From positions 1 through 44,527 of the forward strand of contig NIVC01002784.1 in NCBI GenBank assembly GCA_002269645.1: a stretch of DNA of 44,527 bases, in the 5' to 3' direction. The translations under genes were made by a program, and so were the position numbers. Under the pieces are notes generated by a model. It was not told the DNA's origin and ran no database searches. It was given only the letters and a program-made list of their open reading frames with translations. Each line of letters opens with the position of its first letter. The stretch's first letter is position 1. Shown piece after piece: positions 1 through 11,553 of this stretch. This DNA is from Macrostomum lignano (lineage: Eukaryota).

Positions 1-42
<42 letters not shown>

Positions 43-273
43 CAGACAGAACACACAAAGACAGACAGACAGACACCACACACACACAGACAGAGAGACA
101 GAACAGACAGACAGACAGACAGACAGACAAAAGACAGACAGACAGACAGAGAAACACAACACACACACAGACAGACAGACAGCACAGACAGACAAACAGA
201 GACAGATAGACAGACAGACAGACACTTAGACAAACACTAAGACAGACAGACAGACAGACAGACACACAGACAC

Positions 274-339
<66 letters not shown>
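1..339. repeat. (GACA)n microsatellite filling a PNPLA6-like intron; begins exactly at the minus-strand GT donor (339-338)
   Basis: Direct reading: GACA units with occasional variants; minus strand reads ...GTGCTCAG|GTCTGTCTG. Confidence 0.95.
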
Positions 340-1965
340 CTGAGCACATCAGCGGGCAGATTATTAACGAAGCAGCCGTCAACCAGCAGGTCGCCGTCAT
401 CGCTCCAGATGGGCGGCAGTATGATGGGGTAGGACATGCTAGCCCTGACGGCTTTCCACAGGCGGCGCGCGTCATAACTCGCATCCGGCAGCTCTGCAAA
501 TCTGTGGCCACAAAATAGCAGGGCAGCCAGAGATCCTCGATGTTCAAGTCGCGATCGAACAGCTTCAGCACCAGCCGGTTCATAAGGCCGCCGCGGAAAA
601 ACGACACCAGCGCAGCGTCATGTCCAGCAGTTGCATCAGCAGGGAGCCGGCCTCGCTGAATGTCTTCTTGGAGCTGTACATGAGCGACTCCAGGCTGGTG
701 TCCATCGCCCACAGGCTGGCCATCAGCGAGCCGATGCTGGTACCGCTCAAGGCATCGATGGGCACCCGTCGATCGCACAGCAGCTTGATGACGGCCGGGT
801 GCGCTGCGCCCCTGGCCCCCCGCCGCCAAGCGCCAACCCGATCGAGGCGCCGGTTAGTCGGCGCGCCAATCGGCGCATATCCGGCGCCACGCGCAACGAG
901 ACCCGTCGAGTCCGGTGCAAGCGCAGGCTGTCGGGCAACCGCAGGTGCAGATGCTGCCGGACCCACGGCCGGCGGCCAGAAACGGCGCCGTAGAGCCGGG
1001 CGGCACCCGGGCTCGCCGCTTCGGATGCAGCAGCAGCAGCTCGATCTGCGCCCTGCTGTACCTGGTGCAGAAGTGCTCGGTGAGGCAGGGCGCTGGCGGC
1101 CCGTCGTGATCTGACAACACCAGGATGATGTCCGCCTGCCTGATGCACAGCAGAGTCCACGGCGTCAGCTCGTAGTCTGCGGCGAATATAACAAAATTAT
1201 TCTCCTCCTCCCCGGCCGTTAGCCAGCTGTGCAATGCGTCATCCCTGGTGCCCAGGTCCCACACGGACTTGTGGAATTTGCGGCAGACCAGCTCCGAGGA
1301 CAGGTGGCGCACCGGTGGCGGCAGAAGGCCAGCCAAGCAGCCGGCAAAAGAGGCGGCCGGCAGGTAGCCCTGAGCCGGGATCACTGCCACAGTCTTCACA
1401 GGAGACGACTGCGGCCGGCTGCAGCTGCTGGATGCCTGGCTGGAGTAAGAATCCAGCAAGGCGTTGGCCAGAGTGGACACCAGCAGGTGGGAGAAGCCCT
1501 GGAATCGCTGGGACAGGAAGGAGACCAGGTGTCTGCTTAATCGGATCAGCTCGGAGTCGCGCACAGACTCGGCCGGTAGCGGCACTGAGACCGGTTCAGC
1601 GCCGCTACTAAGTTAATAATCCTCCCCCGGCCGTAGTACTCGGACTGTCCGGACAGTAGCAGTCGGCCGGACAGCAGGAAATGGCAGTGCGGATCGTCCA
1701 CGCCAGTCCGGCTGGCCAGGCTGGCGCCGCATTTCAACGATACGAAGCGCAGCGCGTAGTCCAGAGTGCGCACCAGCGGGCTGATGGAGCCAAGGCAGCT
1801 GTCTGACACCCGGGCAAGGCAGGCCGCCAGCAGCCGCGGCTCCGAGGCCAGGCTGGCCGGGTCCAGACGGGCCAGGACGGCCGCGGATCGGCAGTAGATG
1901 TCCGAGGCCAGCGGCAGCTGACCGCAGTAGCTGACCATGCCGAAGAATTCGCCTGGGCCGGCCAC
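340..1965 (-). CDS. PNPLA6: PNPLA6/7 (neuropathy target esterase / swiss cheese)-like exon: cNMP-binding domains plus patatin domain; interrupted by five -1 frameshifts (about 1574, 972, 818, 612, 466); gene continues beyond the window start
   Basis: Successive frames give VAGPGEFFG, EYYGRG..., VRDSEL, LTPWTLLCIRQADIIL, HLHLR, DMRRLARRLTGASIGLALGGGG-ARG, GTSIG, IEDLWLP, VRASMS, DGCFVNNLPADV, collinear with NTE. Acceptor CAG at 1968-1966, donor GT at 339-338. Confidence 0.9.
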
Positions 1966-2004
1966 CTGGATGATTGTTAGTCAGTTAGTTAATTAAATTA
2001 TGCT

Positions 2005-2515
2005 ATCATCCAGGTAGTAATCTCTAATCAGAGATCCCATCATCCAGGTATTTTAAACTCTAATCAGAGATTACATCTACCAGGTATTGATCCTTAATCA
2101 AAGATCCCATAATCCAGGTATTAATCCCTAACCAGAGATCCCATAATTCAGGTATTGATCCTTAATCAGAAATCCCATAATCCAGGTATTAATCCATAAT
2201 CAGAGATCCCATAATCCAGGTATTAATCCATAATCAGAGATCCCATAATCCAGGTATTAATCCCTAACCAGAGATCCCATAATCCAGGTATTAATCCCTA
2301 ACCAGAGATCCCATAATCCAGGTATTAATCCCTAACCAGAGATCCCATCATCCAGGTATTAATCCCTAACCAGAGATCCCATCATCCAGGTATTAATCCC
2401 TAACCAGAGATCCCATCATCCAGGTATTAATCCTTAATCAGAGATCCCATAATCCAGGTATTAATCCATAATCAGAGATCCCATCATTTAGGTATTGATC
2501 CTTAATCAGAAATCC
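2005..2515. repeat. Intronic minisatellite, 34-bp unit ATCCCATAATCCAGGTATTAATCCCTAACCAGAG, about 14 copies
   Basis: Direct reading; lies in the PNPLA6-like intron 1966-2560. Confidence 0.95.
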
Positions 2516-2560
2516 CGACTGTGAATTCGTGAAGCGACCCCCCCCCCAAGAAGTGCTCAC

Positions 2561-3991
2561 CGATATGGGCTTGGCTCCCACCCGCTGCCACAGCCGGCCC
2601 CGCAGCACAAAGTACAGGCAGGTCAGGCGATCGCCCGCCTTGGCCACAGCATCGCCCGGCTTGCACTCGGTCACGGACACGGCGGCTTTGAATCGATCCT
2701 CTGGCAGCTCCAGGATGCGAGCCAGCTGTGGCAGCCGGGCCTCCACCGCGTCCGATCGTTGGGAGCCCCACAGACCGCAGGCGGTGGTCGTGGCGACTCC
2801 CGTCTGCTGCTGCTCCCCGCTAGCATTGGTCTCGTCCGGCACCAAGACCGGCAGCAGGCCCTGAACAAAGACTTTGCTGAACTGACGCCAGCAATAAGTA
2901 GACACGGGATTAACGGGCGGACTAAATGATGAAGAACTCAAGTTCAAGGCTTGGCACAGAGCTCGGAAAGACAGAAAGCGGATGCTAGTAGGCTGCAGGC
3001 CGGGATAAGCGCGCAGGTAGACTCGGGCATCCGGGTGCTGCGAGTCCCGGACACTTGGCCGAGACTGGCACAGATGGCCCAGCAGCATCAGAGGGCTGAA
3101 TATGCACTCCCCGGGCGGCACCACCTCAACTATGGTGTGCCTGCCGAATAGGCGGATCTCAATAGCGCCGGAGTCCACAAGCACAATGCCATTGGCTGGC
3201 TCCGCCTCCACCAGGGTGCCGGCTGGCCAGCGGCTGCCAACCAGAGCCAGCCGGTCAATCTCGGCCGCCTGGAGCGACCTGAGCGGCCAAAAAGTCTCGG
3301 CCAGTTTGTCCAGTCCGCGCCGCTGCAGAGCGGATCGAGTTTTCAACGTAGACGAAGAAGCCGACAGAGCATCGTCCTCGCTGAAGTCGCTGTCCGTGTC
3401 GGCAACAGCGGAACCGACCAAGGAACCGACGGAATTCAATCCGTCGCCGCCGCGCCCGGAGGCCAGCAATAGCAGGTCGCCTTGAGTCTTCTGCCTGAGC
3501 AGCCGCTTGCCAATGGAAGACACCCGGCGCATGTTGGTGAGTCCGAGGCCGGCGAGTTGCAGGGCCTGCTGCCGCTGCTGCAGAGCCGTCTGCTCCAGCT
3601 CTAGCTCCTGAGCCTTCTGCAGCTGAAGCCAACGCCGACGACTGCTGTAGGCGGCGGGCGTCCGCGACAGCCGGCCGAGCAGCCATCTGGCGATGCGGCG
3701 CAGATAAAAACGCAGCTGATCTCTACGTCGAAATTTTGTCACTTGGAAGCCTAAAGCGCCGGTCCGATAGGCGTAATTGCCTAGCAACAGTAGCAGGCAT
3801 GCCAGGCAGAAGGGCAACCAGGCCTCGAGTCCCGAGTACTGCAATGCATGTTTGAACGGCACTCTTGAGGGGGAATGAAATCTTCTAGCTGCATAACATA
3901 AGCAAGGACTGAAAATGTTAAGGAGGCCAGGCCAGGTTTTACCGAAAAATACTTTACGGAGATGGGGAATTTTCAGTTTTTTTCTGGACAA
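2561..3991 (-). CDS. PNPLA6: PNPLA6/7-like 5' exon (N-terminal TM helix, FRRRDQLRFYLRRI motif, first cNMP-binding region); true start codon uncertain
   Basis: Open 477 codons to phase-0 donor TCG|GTGAGC at 2560. FRRRDQLRFYLRRI matches NTE FRKRDKVLFYGRKI after a hydrophobic helix. The supplied start at 3991 is TTG; the nearest ATGs (3894, 3849) are one base out of frame. Confidence 0.8.
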
Positions 3992-4841
3992 AACTTGCTA
4001 CTGCTTTTGATAGGCGCGGCCTGACCCAATAATCATCTTTTGGTACGTTTTGCTTGTAAATTAGGATTCTATGATAATTTTATATCCTACGTGTATGTCC
4101 TATTTAAAATGAAAAATAAAAATGACACAGCTCGACTCATTCTGTTACAAAGTTTGTTACACAGTCAGCTAAGAATAACAAAACAGATTCATAAAACCAA
4201 TGAGCCGAGCCGTGCCTTATGAATATCAATAGAGCTATAAGAAAGGCACAACATAAAGATAAACACTGGATGTGCCTCCTATCGAAAGCAATAACAATGT
4301 AATATGAAAAAAGTAAAAGCTTCCTATCTCCGTTGTGTATTTTTTCGGCGAAAACCAGCCTCCTAAACATTTTCTAAGAAACGTAGTCTCCCGTCCTTCT
4401 AGTTGAGGTGAGAAGTGTCTAAGAGAGAACTGCCTTCTATCAATTCACAGATACTAAAATACATTAAAAAAGACACATCGCAATAAAAATCAAAACCAAT
4501 GAGGGGGCCGCTCGTCTTGCGAGACGGCAATTTACTAATTGTATTTTTGCATTAGAGGATGAAGCGCTTGCCATATGCAATGAGTATGGTCTTTGTGAGT
4601 CTTACATTACAGTAGCAAGCGACTGATTAGGAAATTATCGCACTATATAAGTCACTACTACAGGCGCTATATATTAATATGAGTAAGTCGATATCAATCA
4701 CAGGCAGCCAGCCTAGCCATTGGTATAATTTACAGAAATTGGTAGACTATAAGATAGAGTTTAGATTTTACTGACATGAAGCCTGCATTAGCAAGTTAGC
4801 GAAGCAGGGAAGCAGAGCTCAACAGAAATGAGGAGGAGCCG

Positions 4842-5666
4842 GCGGAGACCGGGGGGAGAGGGCGGAGACAGGGGGTGAGACAGGGGAAGGGGCGGAGACA
4901 GAGGGTAAGACAGGGGAAGGGGGCGGAGACAGAGGGTAAGACAGGGGAAGGGGGCGGAGACAGAGGGTAAGACAGGGGAAGGGGGCGGAGACAGAGGGTG
5001 AGACAGGGGAAGGGGCGGAGACAGAGGGTGAGATAGGGGAAGAGGCGGAGACAGAGGGTAAGACAGGGGAAGGGGGCGGAGACAGAGGGTAAGACAGGGG
5101 AAGGGGGCGGAGACAGAGGGTAAGACAGGGGAAGGGGGCGGAGACAGAGGGTAAGACAGGGGAAGGGGGCGGAGACAGAGGGTGAGACAGGGGAAGGGGC
5201 GGAGACAGAGGGTGAGACAGGGGAAGGGGCGGAGACAGAGGGTAAGACAGGGGAAGGGGCGGAGACAGAGGGTGAGACAGGGGAAGGGGCGGAGACAGAG
5301 GGTGAGATAGGGGAAGGGGCGGAGACGGGGGGTGAGACAGGGGAAGGGGCGGAGACAGAGGGTGAGACAGGGGAAGGGGCGGAGACGGAGGGTGAGACAG
5401 GGGAAGGGGCGGAGACGGGGGGTGAGACAGGGGAAGGGGGCGGAGACAGAGGGTAAGACAGGGGAAGGGGCGGAGACAGAGGGTGAGACAGGGGAAGGGG
5501 CGGAGACGGGGGTGAGACAGGGGAAGGGGCGGAGACGGGGGGTAAGACAGGGGAAGGGGGCGGAGACAGAGGGTGAGACAGGGGAAGGGGCGGAGACGGA
5601 GGGTGAGACAGGGGAAGGGGCGGAGACGGAGGGTGAGACAGGGGAAGGGGCGGAGACGGAGGGTCA
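4842..5666. repeat. G-rich minisatellite, 30/31-bp unit GAGACAGAGGGTGAGACAGGGGAAGGGGCG, between LCMT1 stop and the PNPLA6-like gene
   Basis: Direct reading; explains ORFs 4819..5694 and 5332..5670. Confidence 0.95.
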
Positions 5667-5718
5667 GTGATAGGCTAGCAGAAGGGCAGTACAAGAGGCT
5701 GAGCAGTGGTGGGGGAGG

Positions 5719-6048
5719 TCAGCGAACGCTAGCCAAGCGATTTGCCAAGTCGGGCTCAGACGGGAAAGGCGAGCTGGCAGCGTAGGCGATGCAGTAGTGC
5801 TCCAGCAGCTGGTCGAATCCTTCTCGTTCGTCCAGCATCTCGATGCGCTCCACCCTAGCCGTGGCCGGCTGCGGCAGGGCCGCATAAACTCGGCGCATCG
5901 TCCAGACAGCGGCCGCGGGCCAGCCGGCGCGGAGCAGGCGCTGACGCTGGGCGTCTTCGCTGGCGCAGGCGGCCGAGCCGGCGAGGTCGCAGCCGCGAGA
6001 GCGAAAATTTGATAGCATCACCTCGCCGAAACGGTCGCTGAGATTAAC
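5719..6048 (-). CDS. LCMT1: Leucine carboxyl methyltransferase 1 (PP2A methyltransferase), exon 3 (last)
   Basis: CAG|GTT acceptor at 6051-6049; VNLSDRFGEVMLSNFRSRGC...IEMLDEREGFDQLLEHYCIAYA matches the LCMT1 C-terminus; TGA at 5721-5719. Confidence 0.92.
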   Translation of the reverse strand, partial: VNLSDRFGEVMLSNFRSRGCDLAGSAACASEDAQRQRLLRAGWPAAAVWTMRRVYAALPQPATARVERIEMLDEREGFDQLLEHYCIAYAASSPFPSEPDLANRLASVR

Positions 6049-6281
6049 CTGGCGAATTAGGGATTTAACAAAAACTTTCTATATTTATATAAGTGGAAAA
6101 TATTGCATTTGCCGATCAAGCCAAATACTCGTAGTTAAAACGGCCCTTTTAGGGCACAGTTAACTCGTAAAAAGTAGCCAATCGCGAGTAGATTATGCAT
6201 GAGAATTCTAGACATAATATCCTCTTGACCCACCAAACCAGAAAGGTTACTTGACTCTCTCTTCAGACGCTATTGGACATA

Positions 6282-6626
6282 ACTTTCGATACATATCGGC
6301 TGACTGAGAAATCGTTACTTTCGATACATATCGGCTGACTGAGAAATAGTCACTTTCGATACATATCGGCTGACTTACATTGTAGAAATAGTTACTTTTG
6401 AATACACATCGCTGACTGAGAAATAGTCACTTTCAATACATATCGGCTGATTGAGAAAGAGTTACTTTTGATACATATTGGCTGACTGAGAAATAGTTAC
6501 TTTCGATACATATCGGCTGACTGTGAAATAGTTACTTTCGATACATATCGGCTGACTGAGAAATAGTTACATGTACTTTCAATACGCATCAGTTAACCAA
6601 AAAATACTTTAGATACATAACGGCTG
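6282..6626. repeat. Intronic minisatellite, 35-bp unit ACTTTCGATACATATCGGCTGACTGAGAAATAGTT, about 9 copies
   Basis: Direct reading; LCMT1 intron 2. Confidence 0.93.
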
Positions 6627-6636
6627 TTCTTCTCAC

Positions 6637-7056
6637 CTGTTCATAATGCAGCAAAGCGGATTTAGTAAACTGATTAGCTAATTGAGCCAACAGTTTCTCG
6701 CTAGACTCGACAGGCAGGTAAACCAGAACGCATTCGGCTAAGAAAATGGTAGGCAAGTCTGCATCAAGTCCGCAGCTACTCCGCAGAGTAGACACCACAG
6801 CTGCTGGATCGCGCAGATCAGCGGGCACAATGTGATACGGATCAGCGTGCAGCTCATGCCGATTGTGCACAATGTCAACCTCATCGCCACCGATAGCTTC
6901 CAATAATTGCCGATTAGAGGTCACCTGTAGAACTTTGCGGCTAGTGTTGTCTTGCAGGTCGGCGTCAACCCATTTGCATGGCAACCAGTCGGCCTGGGGC
7001 CAGCTAGTGCACAAGCACATGTAGGTTGTGTCAGACCCGGCACCCAGGTTCACTAC
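6637..7056 (-). CDS. LCMT1: LCMT1 exon 2 (SAM-binding VVNLGAGSDT; TIFLAECVLVYL)
   Basis: 140 codons, phase 0 to phase 0; CAG acceptor 7059-7057; YEQ|GTGAGA donor at 6636. Confidence 0.93.
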
Positions 7057-7145
7057 CTGTTGTGTGTGACGTAATGGTAGAATTTGAATGGAGTTAATAC
7101 GACAAGGACCGGTCAATAGAAACGGAAAGTTGGATTTTAACTCTA

Positions 7146-7447
7146 AAGTGACTGGATTTCACAGTGAATGGATTGACAGTGACTGGAGTTCACAGTGACT
7201 GGATTTCACAGTGAATGGATTGACAGTGACTGGAGTTCACAGTGACTGGATTTCACAGTGACTGGAGTTCACAGTGACTGGAGTTCACAGTGAATGGATT
7301 GACAGTGACTGGAGTTCACAGTGACTGGATTTCACAGTGACTGGATTTCACAGTGACTGGAGTTCACAGTGACTGGAGTTCACAGTGACTGGAGTTCACA
7401 GTGACTGGAGTTCACAGTGACTGGATTTCACAGTGACTACAGTGAAC
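7146..7447. repeat. Intronic minisatellite, 16-bp unit CAGTGACTGGA(G/T)TTCA
   Basis: Direct reading; LCMT1 intron 1. Confidence 0.93.
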
Positions 7448-7469
7448 TTCAGCGAGCTACACAACACAC

Positions 7470-7709
7470 CTGGCATCGGCACCCGACATCTCGCAGCAAG
7501 CTGATTAAGATAGCGCGCAGAGCGACTACTCTGGCCCAGTAGCCTCGGCTGATCTCCGGCGGTTTGCTGGCATCCCCTCCGCCCGCGAAGCCGCCGCCGC
7601 CGCGGCTAACCGCAGTTATGAACGGGTCTTCGTAGTAGCCCAGGCGTACGGCGTGTCGCTTGGAGGCGGCCGCATCGTCGTTAGTCTGCTGTACAACCAG
7701 GTCGGACAT
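7470..7709 (-). CDS. LCMT1: LCMT1 exon 1
   Basis: ATG at 7709; VQQTNDDAAASKRHAVRLGYYEDPFI...PPEISRGYWARV matches the LCMT1 N-terminus; CAG|GTGTGT donor. The three exons total 990 nt (329 aa). Confidence 0.93.
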
Positions 7710-7852
7710 GGCCAGTCAGTTGAGGAATTCACTAGCGGTTGATCGCTGCTTGGCTATGCAATGCAGCTCTCTGGAGTGCAGTAAAACTGGTTCAGCTTAG
7801 TAACACAGCTGCAATACAGCTTGCCTGCTAGGACCTGAAGGATTCCATGACC

Positions 7853-8908
7853 ACATCAAAGCCGGTCCCTAACCCTATCAAAGCCGGTCCCTAACCCTAT
7901 CAAAGCCTGTCCCCAACCCTATCAAAGCCGGTCCCTAATCCAAACAAAGCCGGTCCCTAACCCTATCAAAGCCGGTCCCTAACCCTATCAAAGCCGGTCC
8001 CTAACCCTATCAAAGCCTGTCCCCAACCCTATCAAAGCCGGTCCCTAACCCTATCAAAGCCGGTCCCTAACCCTATCAAAGCCGGTCCCTAACCCTATCA
8101 AAGCCGGTCCCTAACCCTATCAAAGCCTGTCCCCAACCCTATCAAAGCCGGTCCCTAACCCTATCAAAGCCGGTCCCTAACCCTATCAAAGCCGGTCCCT
8201 AACCCTATCAAAGCCGGTCCCTAACCCTATCAAAGCCGGTCCCTAAACCCATCAAAGCCAGTCCCTAACCCCAGCGAAGCCGGTCCCTAACCCCAATGAA
8301 GCCGGTCCCTAACCCAAACAAAGCCGGTCCCTAACCCAAACAAAGCCAGTCCCTAACCCCAGCGAAGCCGGTCCCTAACCCCAATGAAGCCGGTCCCTAA
8401 CCCAAACAAAGCCGGTCCCTAACCCAAACAAAGCCGGTCCCTAACCCAAACAAAGCCAGTCCCTAACCCCAGCGAAGCCGGTCCCTAACCCCAATGAAGC
8501 CGGTCCCTAACCCAAACAAAGCCGGTCCCTAACCCAAACAAAGCCAGTCCCTAACCCCAGCGAAGCCGGTCCCTAACCCCAGCGAAGCCGGTCCCTAACC
8601 CCAATGAAGCCGGTCCCTAACCCAAACAAAGCCGGTCCCTAACCCAAACAAAGCCAGTCCCTAACCCCAGCGAAGCCGGTCCCTAACCCCAATGAAGCCG
8701 GTCCCTAACCCAAACAAAGCCGGTCCCTAACCCAAACAAAGCCAGTCCCTAACCCCAGCGAAGCCGGTCCCTAACCCCAATGAAGCCGGTCCCTAACCCA
8801 AACAAAGCCAGTCCCTAACCCCAGCGAAGCCGGTCCCTAACCCCAATGAAGCCGGTCCCTAACCCAAACAAAGCCGGTCCCTAACCCAAACAAAGCCAGT
8901 CCCTAACC
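7853..8908. repeat. Minisatellite, about 22-bp unit AAAGCCGGTCCCTAACCC(TATC/CAGCG/CAATG/AAAC), about 48 copies, starting about 140 bp upstream of the LCMT1 ATG
   Basis: Direct reading; every unit contains CCCTAACCC. Confidence 0.95.
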
Positions 8909-9178
8909 CTTATACTCTTATCTGCAGCTAGCTAAGGTGTGATTGGAATAAACTAATAAAAAAATGAAGCTAGCAATGTAAGAATTGAAAAATCCAGTGC
9001 AGAATCACAATTGCGGCATTTATTTGCATTCGCAAAGTGTTGGCATGCAAATTTTAAGAAAACATTTTGTCCAAGGTTAAATAAAACCGAAGCTGACCAA
9101 AAAAGTTTATTGTGTTTTATGTTTTCAACAGTCGAAATACTATGCTTGATACTACTTAGTAAGTAGCCAATGCAATGG

Positions 9179-9378
9179 GGACAGAGCAGCTCAGTGATAA
9201 ACGCGCCACAACCCCTAGTTCGATCGCATTCATTTGGGGGCTCGTGTGTGCACGAAGTTTGGCCGGAAGGTTGTCGTGCGATTCACAGCTATGAGGGCCA
9301 ACCCCAAGCGCTGGTTGCGGGAAGATGTCGCCGAAGGCGTCGCGCCAGGGTGGCCGCAACCCTCCGGAGAACATTTTT
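9179..9378 (+). mobile_element. tRNA-headed SINE-like or Pol III element, copy 1 (paralog of 12628-12871)
   Basis: A-box-like AGCTCAGTGA, B-box-like AGTTCGATC, shared 3' block with copy 2, terminal T5. Confidence 0.5.
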
Positions 9379-9758
9379 AATACATATTTTTATATTATTA
9401 GTAGCTCATCAGCACTTAGGAGACATTATTAAATAAAAAATAAGTGTTTAGACTGTTGAAAACCCATTGTAAAAAGAAACATGAACACTGGACCTGAACT
9501 GGATTAATCTGGAAACAATTAAATACTGACGAGTCCAAGCTTCACTGCAGAGGATTGAAACTGCCTCAAATACCTTTAGCAACAGTACCTCCGATTGGCA
9601 GCAACGCGTGTAAAAAGCAGGGAAGTCTTAGTTACAAACTAAGTGCAGAGAGTTCAGCAGTGGAAAGGATGGTTAAGCTGTTTGGGATAACTTTAACGAT
9701 GTTATAATTAAAGTTGGGAGTGCAGATGCGAACTCAGATTGCTTTGGAATTTGGAATT

Positions 9759-9940
9759 ATGTGCAACCGACAGCTCAGCCGCAGCTATTGCGCGGCGCAT
9801 CTGAAGGCTGCGTACGGCTGTTCAGTCCAAGGACTGGGGGGTCGCCACGCACAGCCTCAATTACCCCAGCTAATGCTGGCACCCATTTTACAGCTGGGTG
9901 AACTGAAGCAATGCAGAGTTCAGTGTCTTGCTCAAGGACA
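9759..9940 (-). mobile_element. Truncated copy of the SINE at 11091-11401 (no tRNA head, no tail)
   Basis: Near-identical to about 11131-11312 by eye. Confidence 0.85.
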
Positions 9941-10493
9941 AAAATTATATTGATTTGATTATAAAAGTTAACTTTTATACCTGCTTGAGAAATAAGACTA
10001 TTTTTAAACAGTAATTTATGACTCAGAAAAATTGTTTTACTGATCTGAGCATTTAGATTACAAATAATAAGTTCACAAATAAGGCTGTTTGTGAACTTAT
10101 TTGCAAAGAAATATTTTTGTATTAACAGTGTACCGAAAACAATAAAGTTAATAAAAATCTGACATTATTATTATGCTGATGCAAACTCTGTACAGCATGT
10201 ACGGAAGCATGAATTGCTAATTAACAATTACTGCAATTACATCTAAAATCAATCAGCACTAATTAAACCCCCTAGCTAAAATCTTAGTGCAAATTATACA
10301 GACAAATCGCTATTGAATACAGAAATATCCCGTTCTGTTCCATTGGCAAATAGAAAAATCATGAGAGTAATCTAGCAGAATAAAATAGGCACCGTTTACC
10401 GCAATAGAAAATTATTAGTAATCAAACGCGTTATGATTAATTTGCACAGTAATGATTAGGTTATTCAACGCAGGCCGTGCTTGCACAAGCAGC

Positions 10494-10592
10494 TTAGGAG
10501 TAGATCAGGCTCTGCTGCTCCTCGTCAATGTCCAAGGACAGCGTGAGGGATGCCGGTCGATTGTTTCGGAATAGAAAAAACTGCACCATTAT
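10494..10592 (-). CDS. SLC66A1: PQ-loop lysosomal cationic amino-acid transporter, exon 6 (last), with acidic dileucine motif EQQSLI
   Basis: TTTCAG|ATA acceptor; IMVQFFLFR...EEQQSLIYS-TAA. Confidence 0.88.
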   Translation of the reverse strand: MMVQFFLFRNNRPASLTLSLDIDEEQQSLIYS

Positions 10593-10778
10593 CTGAAAGC
10601 GGGGCCGGGGTGGGAAGATGAGAGAAAAGAGGAGAGAAGATGAGAGACGATAGAAAAGAGCTGAGAAGAGAAGAGACAAACCTTGAGCGGGCAGGATTGC
10701 TATTTTGAATTTTCAAAAGACCCGAGGGCGGATAGAGAGGCTTCGCGTAACGCAAGTTTTCCGAACCTTAGATTAAAG

Positions 10779-11067
<289 letters not shown>

Positions 11068-11090
11068 TTGCAACTTGCAGCCTTAGCAGA

Positions 11091-11401
11091 TATAATAATA
11101 ATAATTGATTACACCCAACCAAATTGGGCCAGATGCGCAACCGACAGCTCAGCCGCAGCTATTGCGCGGCGCATTTGAAGGCTGCGTACGGCTGTTCAGT
11201 CCAAGGACTGGGGGGTCGCCACACACAGCCTCAATCACCCCAGCTAATGCTGGCACCCATTTTACAGCTGGGTGAACTGAAGCAATTCAGAGTTAAGTGT
11301 CTTGCTCAAGGACACAGATTGTTCCAAGTGGGATCGGGATTCGAACCCCCGACATTTCAGTCGTGAGTCCGACGCTCTGACCACTAGGCTACAACCCCTC
11401 C
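11091..11401 (-). mobile_element. tRNA-derived SINE with CORE/V-like central block and (ATT)n tail
   Basis: Minus strand: A box TAGCCTAGTGG, B box GGTTCGAATCC, then TGTGTCCTTGAGCAAGACACTTAAC (resembles the CORE/V-SINE conserved block), ending in (ATT)n; a second copy lies at 9759-9940. Confidence 0.85.
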
Positions 11402-11553
11402 AGTTATTAGAAAAAGAGAAGAAGGCATAAAACTAGTAATAAACACTTTGCAAGCATTTTTTAAACCAAGTTGCTACAGACTGGCGCAGCAAAAATAGTT
11501 TCCAAGGCATAAACAACACAGAAAAATGTTGGCAAGACACCAGCAACAATTAC

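Noticed and set aside
460-1580. Programmed ribosomal frameshifting or insertional RNA editing as the explanation for the PNPLA6-like frameshifts
   Set aside because: No shared slippery motif; all five are homopolymer shortenings typical of long-read errors. Not supportable without read data.
3991-5719. Possible operon-like (trans-spliced) linkage of LCMT1 and the PNPLA6-like gene, given the same strand and no obvious AATAAA between them
   Set aside because: Absence of a canonical polyA hexamer by eye is weak evidence; it needs SL-tag or 3'-end data.
11330-11401. tRNA-like sequence with A and B boxes on the minus strand
   Set aside because: No closing acceptor stem is evident; it continues into a SINE body and (ATT)n tail, so it is annotated as a SINE head, not a tRNA gene.
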